Origin: Candidatus Aminicenantales bacterium
GTDB lineage: Bacteria > Acidobacteriota > Aminicenantia > Aminicenantales > UBA4085
Direction of reading: 5' to 3'
Length of the DNA stretch: 64,000 nucleotides
Assembly (NCBI GenBank): GCA_049515535.1
Contig: JBEKTZ010000003.1
Span: 248,001 to 312,000, forward strand
Under the pieces are notes generated by a model that saw only the letters and a program-made list of their open reading frames with translations, did not search any database and had not been told where the DNA came from. Both the position numbers and the translations under genes were made by a program. How positions within the stretch are numbered: position 1 is the first letter of the stretch; each line of letters opens with the position of its first letter. Shown piece by piece: positions 39,767 to 48,845 of this stretch.

Positions 39767-40639
39767 TTACAACGCAAAATTGAATTCCAGAATGCCGCTC
39801 ACTTTGATCGGCCGATCCTTGTTAAGGAAAGGCTTGAATTTCCACTTCTCCGCTGCCTCAACCGCGGCCTCCTGAAAAAATGGAAGCCCGTTTAGCGCAT
39901 GAGCAGAAACCACGTTGCCGCCTTCATCCACCACGATCTCTACGCGCACTGTTCCGGATATTTGCGCGGCTTTGGCTTGAGGCGGGTAATTTGGGCTTGC
40001 TCTATAGATGGCGTTCTTGTTGAGGATGTCGGTGGAAACAATCTGCGGTTCCCCGGATTTTGCTATATCCGATGAAGGCTCTTTAGGTGTCGTTATAAAC
40101 GAAGTCGGTGGAGCCGGCCGAGTCAGCATCTCTGGTTCGATTCGATACTTTTTCTCGCCGTCTTTAAGAGCCAAACCCGAAGCGTTCTTGGGAACCACAT
40201 AGACAAGGGCAAGCTTAGATTCGGGAACGATGAGCTTTCCCGTGAAGAACCACTTTCCGTTTTTTGGTCTTAGAGCTCCATCAAACCTTATTTCTTTATT
40301 GGATAACGCGCCCTCTCTTGTAGGGCTTCCGAAGAAGACGAGGGTAAACTCGTTTCCCTTTGAGTCAACGAGCGTGAGATTAACAAGCTTGGGTAGGACA
40401 TTTGCCGCATCTAAGATCTCAATCTCTTCAAACTCAAGGTTTTTACACTCGAAACTGAGAACGTAGACAATCTCTTCTGAATTTGGCGAGATGATCCCTT
40501 CATCGGTCGTCACTTTATCCCAGTTCTCGATTTTTGTGAGGTCGCCCAAAGATGTCTTTATCGGCAACCTCGCTTTTTCGGCACACGAAATACAAAGCAC
40601 CAGACTAAGAACGAGAATAAAGATCTTTGCTTTCCCCAT
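39767..40639 (-). CDS. Putative lipoprotein with C-terminal TonB domain
   Basis: 'LVLCISC' lipobox-like; 'PNYPPQAKAAQISGTVRVEIVVDEGGNV..AAVEAAEKWKFKP'. Confidence 0.75.
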   Translation of the reverse strand: MGKAKIFILVLSLVLCISCAEKARLPIKTSLGDLTKIENWDKVTTDEGIISPNSEEIVYVLSFECKNLEFEEIEILDAANVLPKLVNLTLVDSKGNEFTLVFFGSPTREGALSNKEIRFDGALRPKNGKWFFTGKLIVPESKLALVYVVPKNASGLALKDGEKKYRIEPEMLTRPAPPTSFITTPKEPSSDIAKSGEPQIVSTDILNKNAIYRASPNYPPQAKAAQISGTVRVEIVVDEGGNVVSAHALNGLPFFQEAAVEAAEKWKFKPFLNKDRPIKVSGILEFNFAL

Positions 40640-40891
40640 CTTGTTTCCCTCCTCTGCGAAAAAAAGCGGAGGCCACTTCGCGACTTCTCAGCGAAATCCA
40701 TAGGAATTTGCTTTTTCGCGGCGCACCGTCTTCCATCCCCTTACGCTCGGAATCTGCACCGCCTTTCACGAGAAGGATATTCTTGGCTGCCGGTCAATGT
40801 CAACCCAATATGCTATTTTTAGAAAAAGCGGATTCCGCCTAAAACCAAAAAAATCCTCTTTTTTTTATCCGCCGCCTTTAATCCGTCCCGC

Positions 40892-42937
40892 CTAATCCAC
40901 AACCAAAACGCTGTAGATGTAAATCTGAGGGATCGTCGCCGTCAGCCGGCCGTCATTGAAGCTCCATCGAATGCGCCCGCCGTCGGGGACGAGCTTCACC
41001 GTCTTCGGCTTCGCGGCGAGCTTCATCCGGATCACGATCGGCCCGACCCGCGGGATGAAATCCGTGAAATTATGCCGGTCGGGGAGAGGCATGTTCGCCC
41101 GATTCAGCAGATGAACGCTCGTCTTCCCGTCGCTCGTCGTCCGGAGGGCGATATCGACCACCGGCGGCGCGTTCACGAACACCGCGGGCTCCGGAAACAA
41201 TTCCCGCGTCATCCTGTCGATGAACTGCCGCACGTAAGGATGATGCCCTTTGAAAAAGATATTCGCCAACGGGCCGAACACCGCCCCGATTTTCCCCTTG
41301 CCGTAATTCACGATCGTCGCGGCCGCCTTCCCTTCCTTGCGCATGTCGCGGGTCGCATATCTCCAGCCCACGACCTTCGCCGTCGTCGGCGCGACGTCCT
41401 GCCATTCTCCGTCGATGGCCGCCGGACCCACCCCCGTGGCCAGCTCGCCGCTCGCGTTTTGGGCCGCGCCCGTGAACTTCACGCCCAGCGCCGGCTCGAA
41501 CAGCCGGGCGCATTTTTCGCCCATCAGCAACAGGCTTCCGCCCTCCTCCGCGTATTTCAGCAGCGCCGCCCGGAATTCCTGTGTCAGCTTGGGCGAATCC
41601 GGCACCACGACGAGCGGGAATTCGGCCAGCCGCGGCCCGAGCTGGTGCTCGGCCAGGATATCCACCGAATAATGAAGCTCCAGCAGCGCGTCCAGCGCGC
41701 CCTCCAAATCGTCATAGACGCCGCCCGACGGCGCGAAAACCCGGTCCGACCTGTCCCAGTACGACTCCGACGACAACAGCAGCGCAACCTGCGGCACGCT
41801 CCGGCTCTTGAAGCTCGCCTCTTTCCGCGCCCTGCAGAAATCCGCGACCCTGCCTTCCTGGTCGATGATCGCGTCCGCGATATACCCCGAGCGCGTGGGC
41901 TGATGGTAGATCTGGAACCCGCCGCCCTGCATCAGCACCACGGCCGCTTCCTGCTCGAGCTGGGCGGGCGTCTTGATCGACCAGCCCTGGTCCTTGCCCT
42001 TGTCGAAGCCCCAGGCCATCAAATCCCAGGGCATGCCCGTGCTCGCCAGATACCGGGCCTCGACCCGCGCCCGGTCCACCGACAGCGAGGGCGAGTAATC
42101 GCCGCTCAAAAAATCGAGCTTGACCGCGACCGGCTTCGGGGCGAACGTCGTGTACATCCAGTTGCTCGTGATCTGGAGCCCGGGCTTGAAGGCGTGGAGC
42201 GCGTCCACCCACCGGCCGAGAAAATCCTCGAACGCCCGCCGGTTGAACGTCTTCCATTCGAGCCAGTCGGGCTCGCCCCGCCCCCTGGGCGCCCTGGCCT
42301 TTCCTGTCGCCTTCGTCCAGGCCGCAAGCGCCCGCGGCGAATAATCCAGCTGCGCCGCCCAGCAATCGCCGTCCACCCACAGCCCGTCCAGGTCGTAGGC
42401 CGCCACGGCTTCCTCGAGCTGGGGGATGAGCAGCTCGCTCCCGTAGGGTCCGAAGACGCTCGTGGCGTTGGGGTCGCGGCCGCCTTTCTCGTCCACGCGC
42501 GCCCAGTCGGGATGATGGGCGATCGCCTGCCCGTCCCAGACGCCCGAATAATGGATATACAGCCCGACCCCGCGCTCCCTGGTCGCTTTCCGCCAGACGG
42601 CCAGGCTGTCTTTCTTGATCCCCGGCGCCGGCCAGCCCACCTTTGTCGGATAGCCAGCCCAGCCGACGTGGCCCTTGCAGTCGTACTGGACATAATCCGG
42701 TCCGACCCGCTCCAGAAGCCTCCCGATATTCTCCGGTGAGACATCTTCGCCCAAGGCGACGTCTTTATCATTAGGGTGGAGATCGAAATGGAGCCCGAAG
42801 AAGGCGTCCCTGCGGGGGACGGGCTTTTTCAGGGGAGGATTCTGGCCTTGGCCGAGATTCGCGCCCGTCCAGAGAAGAATCGCGGCGGAGCCTATCAGAA
42901 GGACGATCTTTTTAGAAAGAGCGAACATGTTTGTCAC
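40892..42937 (-). CDS. Secreted putative glycoside hydrolase (TIM barrel, GH29/GH151/GHL6-like, plus trimerization-like domain)
   Basis: 'GLHFDLH', 'QYDCKGH', 'HPDWARVD', 'YDLDGLWVDGDCW', 'PQVALLLS'; family assignment uncertain. Confidence 0.6.
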   Translation of the reverse strand: MTNMFALSKKIVLLIGSAAILLWTGANLGQGQNPPLKKPVPRRDAFFGLHFDLHPNDKDVALGEDVSPENIGRLLERVGPDYVQYDCKGHVGWAGYPTKVGWPAPGIKKDSLAVWRKATRERGVGLYIHYSGVWDGQAIAHHPDWARVDEKGGRDPNATSVFGPYGSELLIPQLEEAVAAYDLDGLWVDGDCWAAQLDYSPRALAAWTKATGKARAPRGRGEPDWLEWKTFNRRAFEDFLGRWVDALHAFKPGLQITSNWMYTTFAPKPVAVKLDFLSGDYSPSLSVDRARVEARYLASTGMPWDLMAWGFDKGKDQGWSIKTPAQLEQEAAVVLMQGGGFQIYHQPTRSGYIADAIIDQEGRVADFCRARKEASFKSRSVPQVALLLSSESYWDRSDRVFAPSGGVYDDLEGALDALLELHYSVDILAEHQLGPRLAEFPLVVVPDSPKLTQEFRAALLKYAEEGGSLLLMGEKCARLFEPALGVKFTGAAQNASGELATGVGPAAIDGEWQDVAPTTAKVVGWRYATRDMRKEGKAAATIVNYGKGKIGAVFGPLANIFFKGHHPYVRQFIDRMTRELFPEPAVFVNAPPVVDIALRTTSDGKTSVHLLNRANMPLPDRHNFTDFIPRVGPIVIRMKLAAKPKTVKLVPDGGRIRWSFNDGRLTATIPQIYIYSVLVVD

Positions 42938-43094
42938 CTCATGAAAGCGGACATAGGAAGAAGATAATGCAGAATGCGGGGAGATTCAAGGGGGAGATAT
43001 TGCTATATTATTTAAAAAAAGATAAATAATAGGCCTTCGTGATTTGTGGGGGAGGAGAAGAAGGCAAGAATAGCTTAATGATGGGGGATCATGA

Positions 43095-45989
43095 ATGATT
43101 ACACGGCGGGAGAAGATGTATAAAATCATTTTTAGTTTTGTCCTATTTTCATTTCTTTCAGGTCCTGTTATTGGCTATGAAAATTCCCAACTGTCGTTTT
43201 CATTGAAAAAAAAGATTTTTGTAGGCGAAATATTGATGAAGGAGGGTAAATATCAAAAGGCAATCGCTAGATTTGAAGATGCTCTCAATTTGGCTCAAGA
43301 ATTGAAACTCAAAATTGATGAAGTTTATATACTAAAACAAATGGGAATACTTTATTGGAATATTGGGGGGATGGGCAAATCTTCTTCCTTTTATGAGAAA
43401 GCGTTAAATATTTCTAAATCTTTAGCTTTAAAGAATGAGGAACAAGAATGTTCATCGGCACTTGAGATAATTAGATTATATTTGAAAGGAAAGGATTTTC
43501 GTTCTTTGAGCCAATACAGGCTTTCAATAAATTATTTTATTGAGGCTATTCGTCTTTCGAGAGAAATTAAAAGCCCAAATCACGAAGCTAAATGCTTGAG
43601 ACAGATGAGTCTCAATTATTGGGACATGGAAGAGATTGAGAAATTCTTTAGGTTTAATTCGCAGGCTCAACTTCTTGCAAATAAGATCCAAAATCGAAGA
43701 GAAGAGGGAATTTGTCTAAATAATCTTGGTCTTTGTTATTGGAAACGCAATGACTACTCGAATGCATTGCGATATTTCCATCTTGCGCTTGAAATTTCCG
43801 AAGGGGAGAACCATATTGAAAATATATCTGATTGTCTAGCAAACCTGAGCTTAATTTATTTTGATTTTGGTGATTATGATAAAACCCTTGGATATCTAAT
43901 GCGCGTATTGAAAATAGATAATGATCTTAACGATATTTTTAATATAGCCATTGATAATAATAATATTGGGAATGCATACCTTAAAAAGGGGCTTGTTACA
44001 CAGGTCGAAAGTAATTTTTTAGAGGCTATTAAGAGTTTTAATAATTCTTTAGAATTAGCGAAGCAGATAAAAAATAAAAAAATTGAAAGTATTATCTTAA
44101 ATAATATAGGAGAGGTATTTTATGCGCAAAAGGAGTTTAAAATTGCATTGATTAATTACAGCAAATCACTAGATCTTGCATATGAGATTAGGTACAACGA
44201 ATTAATTAGCCGGCTTCAATCTAATATAGGTAATGTATATTTAGCTTTAAAACAACCCCAAAAAGCCATTTCACATTTGCTGAAAGCTATCGATATAGCT
44301 TTTGAGATTAATGACAGCAAAATTCTTTGGGAATCTTATTATAACCTTGGCCAATGTTATGAAGCAAATGAACAATATTACGAAGCAAAAATGTACTATA
44401 CAAAATCCATCGAAATAATTGATAAGATTAGGAGCCAAATTAACATAGATATTTTTAAAACTGGATATTCAAGAGACAAATCGATAGTTTACGAATCTAT
44501 TATTAATTTGTTATGGAAAATAAACAAAGAATCGAATTCTTGTAAGGAGGACATTTTCTATTTTATCGAAAAATCAAAAGCGCGAGCTTTTTTAGAATCA
44601 CTTTTGGAAGCAAAGGTCGACATAATGCAAAGCTTAGATCAACAACAGCGCCATGAAATGAATGATGTTTCAAATAAAATAGGCAAAATATTTTATGAGG
44701 TAGCAAAACCTAATAGTAATACTCAATATAAGCAAGAACTTAAAGATAGACTTTCTCAAGAAGAAGATAAATATATGCGATTACTTTCAAGAATACGAAC
44801 AGAAAATCCGGCTTTAGCAGGGCTCATATCTCCAAAAACTTGTCAACTTGAACAGATTCAAACAAAAATATTAAATGAAAAAACAGCTATGATTGAATAT
44901 TTCCTAGGTACACAGCAATCTTATATGCTATTCATTACAAAGTATAAATATGAAATATTCATTTTGCCATCAAGAAGAATAATTGAAAATTCAATAAGAG
45001 CATATACGAAATATTTATCGTCTCCTTTAGCTGAAGTCAATGGTAGTATAGCTGCAGAACCTATCTATAAAGAATTGCTTTTTCCTCTTGAAAGGGAAGA
45101 GCTTCCAAATATTGAAAAACTTATTATCGTCCCAGATGGAATATTATATTATCTTCCTTTTGAAGCCTTGGCCTTGAAGACAAAAAAGAGAGTGATTGAT
45201 TATTTAGTCGATAAATATCAAGTATCCTATGCGCCCTCTGCTTCTGTTTTATCGTTCTTATGTGACAAAAAAGAAAAAATAGAATCTTTTAAAGGCCTTT
45301 TAGCAATCGGGGGTCCCATTTATCGATACAACAAAGAAATGAATGAAAAATCAAAAGAAGGAAAATATTATCTGGCCGAAATATACTTGAACCAAGGATT
45401 CTCTTTTTCAGAGATTCCCTATTCAAAATATGAAATTGAGGCGATTTCAAAATATTTTCCTAAAAACCAAAGAGATATATTTATCGGAAAAGAAGCTCGC
45501 GAAGAAGTATTAAAGAACAGGCAATATAATAATTATCAAATTATTCATTTTGCTTGTCATAGCTTTCTAGATGAACGATTTCCGATCAGATCAGCGTTAG
45601 TCCTGAGTAGCGATGATGATCGAGAGGAAGATGGTTTTCTTCAGGTATGGGAGCTCTACAATCTAAAATTAAATTCAAATCTAGTCGTGCTTTCGGCTTG
45701 TCAAACTGGAAAAGGCCAAATGGAAAATGGGGAAGGGATTCTTGGATTGCCGAGAATATTCTTTTATTCGGGAGCTAGATCTGTTTTGTCTACGTTATGG
45801 GCGATAAATGACAAGGTGACAGCGAACTTTATGAATGTGTATTATTCATTTTTAGAAAAAGGAAATTCAAAAGCTCAGGCATTGCAATTAGCCAAGCAAA
45901 GCATGATCAATTCAAAATATTCTCATCCCTATTATTGGGCTGGTTATATCTTGAATGGTGAGTCAGATTCAACAATTAAGTTTCGCTGA
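43095..45989 (+). CDS. Exported TPR-CHAT (caspase-like, clan CD) protease 1
   Basis: Signal-like N-terminus (alternative start 43116); ~9 TPRs 'LNNLG/NNIG'; 'PDGILYYLPFEAL', 'IIHFACH', 'VVLSACQTG', 'HPYYWAG'. Confidence 0.92.
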   Translation: MITRREKMYKIIFSFVLFSFLSGPVIGYENSQLSFSLKKKIFVGEILMKEGKYQKAIARFEDALNLAQELKLKIDEVYILKQMGILYWNIGGMGKSSSFYEKALNISKSLALKNEEQECSSALEIIRLYLKGKDFRSLSQYRLSINYFIEAIRLSREIKSPNHEAKCLRQMSLNYWDMEEIEKFFRFNSQAQLLANKIQNRREEGICLNNLGLCYWKRNDYSNALRYFHLALEISEGENHIENISDCLANLSLIYFDFGDYDKTLGYLMRVLKIDNDLNDIFNIAIDNNNIGNAYLKKGLVTQVESNFLEAIKSFNNSLELAKQIKNKKIESIILNNIGEVFYAQKEFKIALINYSKSLDLAYEIRYNELISRLQSNIGNVYLALKQPQKAISHLLKAIDIAFEINDSKILWESYYNLGQCYEANEQYYEAKMYYTKSIEIIDKIRSQINIDIFKTGYSRDKSIVYESIINLLWKINKESNSCKEDIFYFIEKSKARAFLESLLEAKVDIMQSLDQQQRHEMNDVSNKIGKIFYEVAKPNSNTQYKQELKDRLSQEEDKYMRLLSRIRTENPALAGLISPKTCQLEQIQTKILNEKTAMIEYFLGTQQSYMLFITKYKYEIFILPSRRIIENSIRAYTKYLSSPLAEVNGSIAAEPIYKELLFPLEREELPNIEKLIIVPDGILYYLPFEALALKTKKRVIDYLVDKYQVSYAPSASVLSFLCDKKEKIESFKGLLAIGGPIYRYNKEMNEKSKEGKYYLAEIYLNQGFSFSEIPYSKYEIEAISKYFPKNQRDIFIGKEAREEVLKNRQYNNYQIIHFACHSFLDERFPIRSALVLSSDDDREEDGFLQVWELYNLKLNSNLVVLSACQTGKGQMENGEGILGLPRIFFYSGARSVLSTLWAINDKVTANFMNVYYSFLEKGNSKAQALQLAKQSMINSKYSHPYYWAGYILNGESDSTIKFR

Positions 45990-46715
45990 TTAGTTAATTA
46001 GCGTGAAGTTGATAATTTGAGATTCTATGGTTATTCCCTTTTTAGAATAGCCTGTTACCGTCCAAAGAAATATTTGTGGACAAAGAAGTCTTTCTAAAAT
46101 ATCATTTGGAATATTGCATTGATTTATCAATAATTTTGGGCTTTTCCAAATAGGTAATAATTCTTCATTAAAAAGCTCTAGAATATAATAATCTGCCAAG
46201 TCGCTCTTGCCCCATTTAAAAAGAAGATTATTTTTTGATATTATTTTATGAATAGGTTCAATTAAAATAATACCAAGTCGATTGTCTTCACGTGCTAAAT
46301 GCGATTTAGAAAGATTAATCGGCGCTTTATGATAAAGAGTCAAAATAGCTATTGATATAAAAATAATTCCTCCAAAAAAGGTAGCGTATCTTAATAATGA
46401 ATGAAAAACTGAGGAAATCTGAGTTGGCTCTTTCGAAGGTTTATGGACAACCAATTCGGATTCCAAATGAAATTCGATTTCCTTATTTAAACTCTCAGTT
46501 CTTCGTTTTATTTCCAAAATCAATTCAAAATCCTTTGCACATAATGCGCAGCACGAAAGATGGTCAATTATTATTTTCTTGAAATTCCTTTTAATTTTAG
46601 GATTGAAAAAATTATTAAAATCCGTGATAGAAAAACATTCTTTCTTTGATATTGGAATTTTATCGTTCAGATATTTACGATAGTTGTGGCACAATTCTTT
46701 ATGGGTTATCTTCAT
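45990..46715 (-). CDS. Zinc-binding transmembrane anti-sigma factor
   Basis: 'EC..DHLSCCALC' (C-x24-HxxxCxxC), one TM, beta-rich C-terminal domain; overlaps the ECF gene. Confidence 0.75.
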   Translation of the reverse strand: MKITHKELCHNYRKYLNDKIPISKKECFSITDFNNFFNPKIKRNFKKIIIDHLSCCALCAKDFELILEIKRRTESLNKEIEFHLESELVVHKPSKEPTQISSVFHSLLRYATFFGGIIFISIAILTLYHKAPINLSKSHLAREDNRLGIILIEPIHKIISKNNLLFKWGKSDLADYYILELFNEELLPIWKSPKLLINQCNIPNDILERLLCPQIFLWTVTGYSKKGITIESQIINFTLIN

Positions 46716-47247
46716 AGTTGATATTTTTCTCTTTGAGAATTATTTTTAAGTCTGATAATCCACGATAAAGCAAATTGCGTGTTTTAGCTTTGCTCCAATT
46801 AAAATATAATGCGATTTCTTCTATGCTCATATTCAAGAGATATAGTTTAACGACTCTCTTCCGATTATGAATAAGACCTTCAACAGCTTTTCCCACTAAA
46901 TCTTTGATATCCATCTCTTCATAAAAAGCGCTTGAATCATAGGAATAATTTAATTCGGAGATCTGCTTATTAATTTCATGTAAATAAACGCCCTCTTCTC
47001 TTTTGAATTTTCTAAACTGATCAATTATAGATGAGTCCACTATTTTCTTAATATACGACGAATAATTAGTGATTTTTTTCTCATTATGTATTATTTTCCA
47101 GATCTTAATTTTAACTTCTTGAAGAATATCATCGATCTCAAGGCCAAATTTATACAAATTATAGCGGTAAATATTCGCTCTAATAAACCCTGTAAATCGC
47201 TCCAGAATCTCTGCTAGCTCCTTGTCCTTGTTTTCGTCCCATCTCAT
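46699..47247 (-). CDS. ECF sigma-70 factor
   Basis: 'DDILQEVKIKIWK', 'SYIKKIVDSSIIDQFRK', 'SIEEIA..KTRNLLYRGL'. Confidence 0.85.
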   Translation of the reverse strand: MRWDENKDKELAEILERFTGFIRANIYRYNLYKFGLEIDDILQEVKIKIWKIIHNEKKITNYSSYIKKIVDSSIIDQFRKFKREEGVYLHEINKQISELNYSYDSSAFYEEMDIKDLVGKAVEGLIHNRKRVVKLYLLNMSIEEIALYFNWSKAKTRNLLYRGLSDLKIILKEKNINYEDNP

Positions 47248-47456
47248 GTTCGATCTCGAAAACTATGATTCAGATCATATCGATCTCACGGGGCCAATAC
47301 AATAATATAGATGGAGATTTCGGAGATTATTCTCAGATCCGGCTTGATTTTATTCCTTTTATAGGCTAAAATTTTTTCTCCTCAAGGGGAAATTGCTTTT
47401 CTTTCCTTGAGATTTCGCAATGTTCAGATATAATCTTTTTAGGGAATAATATCTTC

Positions 47457-48845
47457 ATGTGGGAAGAAACGTTCGACGAGCTCGAGATCGAAGGCCGGTC
47501 CCGGGGGTTCGTCTTCAACCTGCCGTTCCTGAAGGCGCGGATCGATCAGATCATCGTCTTTTTCATCTTGATCGGCTGCACCCTGATCGTCATCGTCGCG
47601 GTCAAATTCCACCTGTTCCGGGATTGGGCCGGGTTCCTGGGGAGCACGAAATTTTTGCGGATCGCCGCCTATCCACTGATCGTTTCGGCCGCCGGCATCG
47701 TCGCGACCCTGGTTCTGCAAACCGTGCTCTGGCTCCGGTATAGGCCGGAGACTTTGGGTGGAGACGAAGAGGACGCCGCCTGGCCGTCCGTTTCGGTCAT
47801 CGTCGCGGCCCTCGACGAGGAAGCGTCCGTCGGGAAAGCGATCGACTCGATCTTCGCCTCGAATTATCCCCAGGACAAGCTCGAGGTCATCTGCGTCAAC
47901 GACGGGTCCACGGACCTGACCTATCACCACATGCTGAGGGCCGAACTGACCTACGGCACCCGGCTCAAGGTCGTCAGTTTCAAAAGGAACCTGGGCAAGA
48001 GAAAAGCCCTCTATGTCGGATACAAGAAAGCCAAGGGCGACGTCATCGTCACGATCGACGCCGACGGCGCGATCGGCCGCGCCGCGCTGCGGAACGTCGT
48101 CGTCCCGCTGATGAACGACGGACGGGTCGGCGCCGTCTCGGGGCGGGTGGCCGCCCTCAACGAGAGAGACAATTTCCTGACCCGGATGCTGGCCGTGCGC
48201 TACTCGGTCTCGTTCGATTTCGGCCGGGCCTACCAGAGCGTCTTCGGGACCGTGGTCTGCTGCCCGGGCGCCCTGACCGCCATGCGCAAGGACCTGCTCG
48301 AAAAGATCATTTATGAATTCATGCACCAAAAGTTCCTGAACCAGCCCTGCACGCACGGCGAGGACCGGGCGCTGACGACGCTGATCCTGAGGTCGGGATA
48401 CGACGTCAAATACCAGTCGAACGCCGTCGTCTATACGAACGTCCCGAGGGGATTCAAGCAGATGAACAGGATGTACGTCCGCTGGACGCGCAGCTACCTC
48501 CGGGAGTCCGTATTCCTGGGCCGGTTCATCTTTTCGCGGGAGAAGAAGCGGCACCGCGTCCTGCCGATCATCGACTTCGTCTTCCTGAATTTCCTCCACC
48601 CCTTCCACCTGTTTTCGCTGGGGCTCATCGTCTACGCCTTCGCGGTCAACCCGCTCTTCATGCTCCGCCACCTGACGCTCTTGCCCATCGCGTCTTTGAT
48701 GCTGTCCTTGTATTATCTGCGGACGAACAAAAGCCTGAGTTTTCTTTACGGGATTCCCTACGGATTTATCGCGGTTTTTTTCCTGTGGTGGATCGTTCCC
48801 TTTTCCGCCCTGACGATGAAGGACCAGTCCTGGGTGACAAGATAA
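47457..48845 (+). CDS. Processive GT2 glycosyltransferase, hyaluronan synthase/NodC-like
   Basis: 'NDGSTD', 'GKRKA', 'IDAD', 'CCPGALTAMR', 'FLNQPCTHGEDRALT', 'RWTRS'; N- and C-terminal TMs. Confidence 0.85.
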   Translation: MWEETFDELEIEGRSRGFVFNLPFLKARIDQIIVFFILIGCTLIVIVAVKFHLFRDWAGFLGSTKFLRIAAYPLIVSAAGIVATLVLQTVLWLRYRPETLGGDEEDAAWPSVSVIVAALDEEASVGKAIDSIFASNYPQDKLEVICVNDGSTDLTYHHMLRAELTYGTRLKVVSFKRNLGKRKALYVGYKKAKGDVIVTIDADGAIGRAALRNVVVPLMNDGRVGAVSGRVAALNERDNFLTRMLAVRYSVSFDFGRAYQSVFGTVVCCPGALTAMRKDLLEKIIYEFMHQKFLNQPCTHGEDRALTTLILRSGYDVKYQSNAVVYTNVPRGFKQMNRMYVRWTRSYLRESVFLGRFIFSREKKRHRVLPIIDFVFLNFLHPFHLFSLGLIVYAFAVNPLFMLRHLTLLPIASLMLSLYYLRTNKSLSFLYGIPYGFIAVFFLWWIVPFSALTMKDQSWVTR

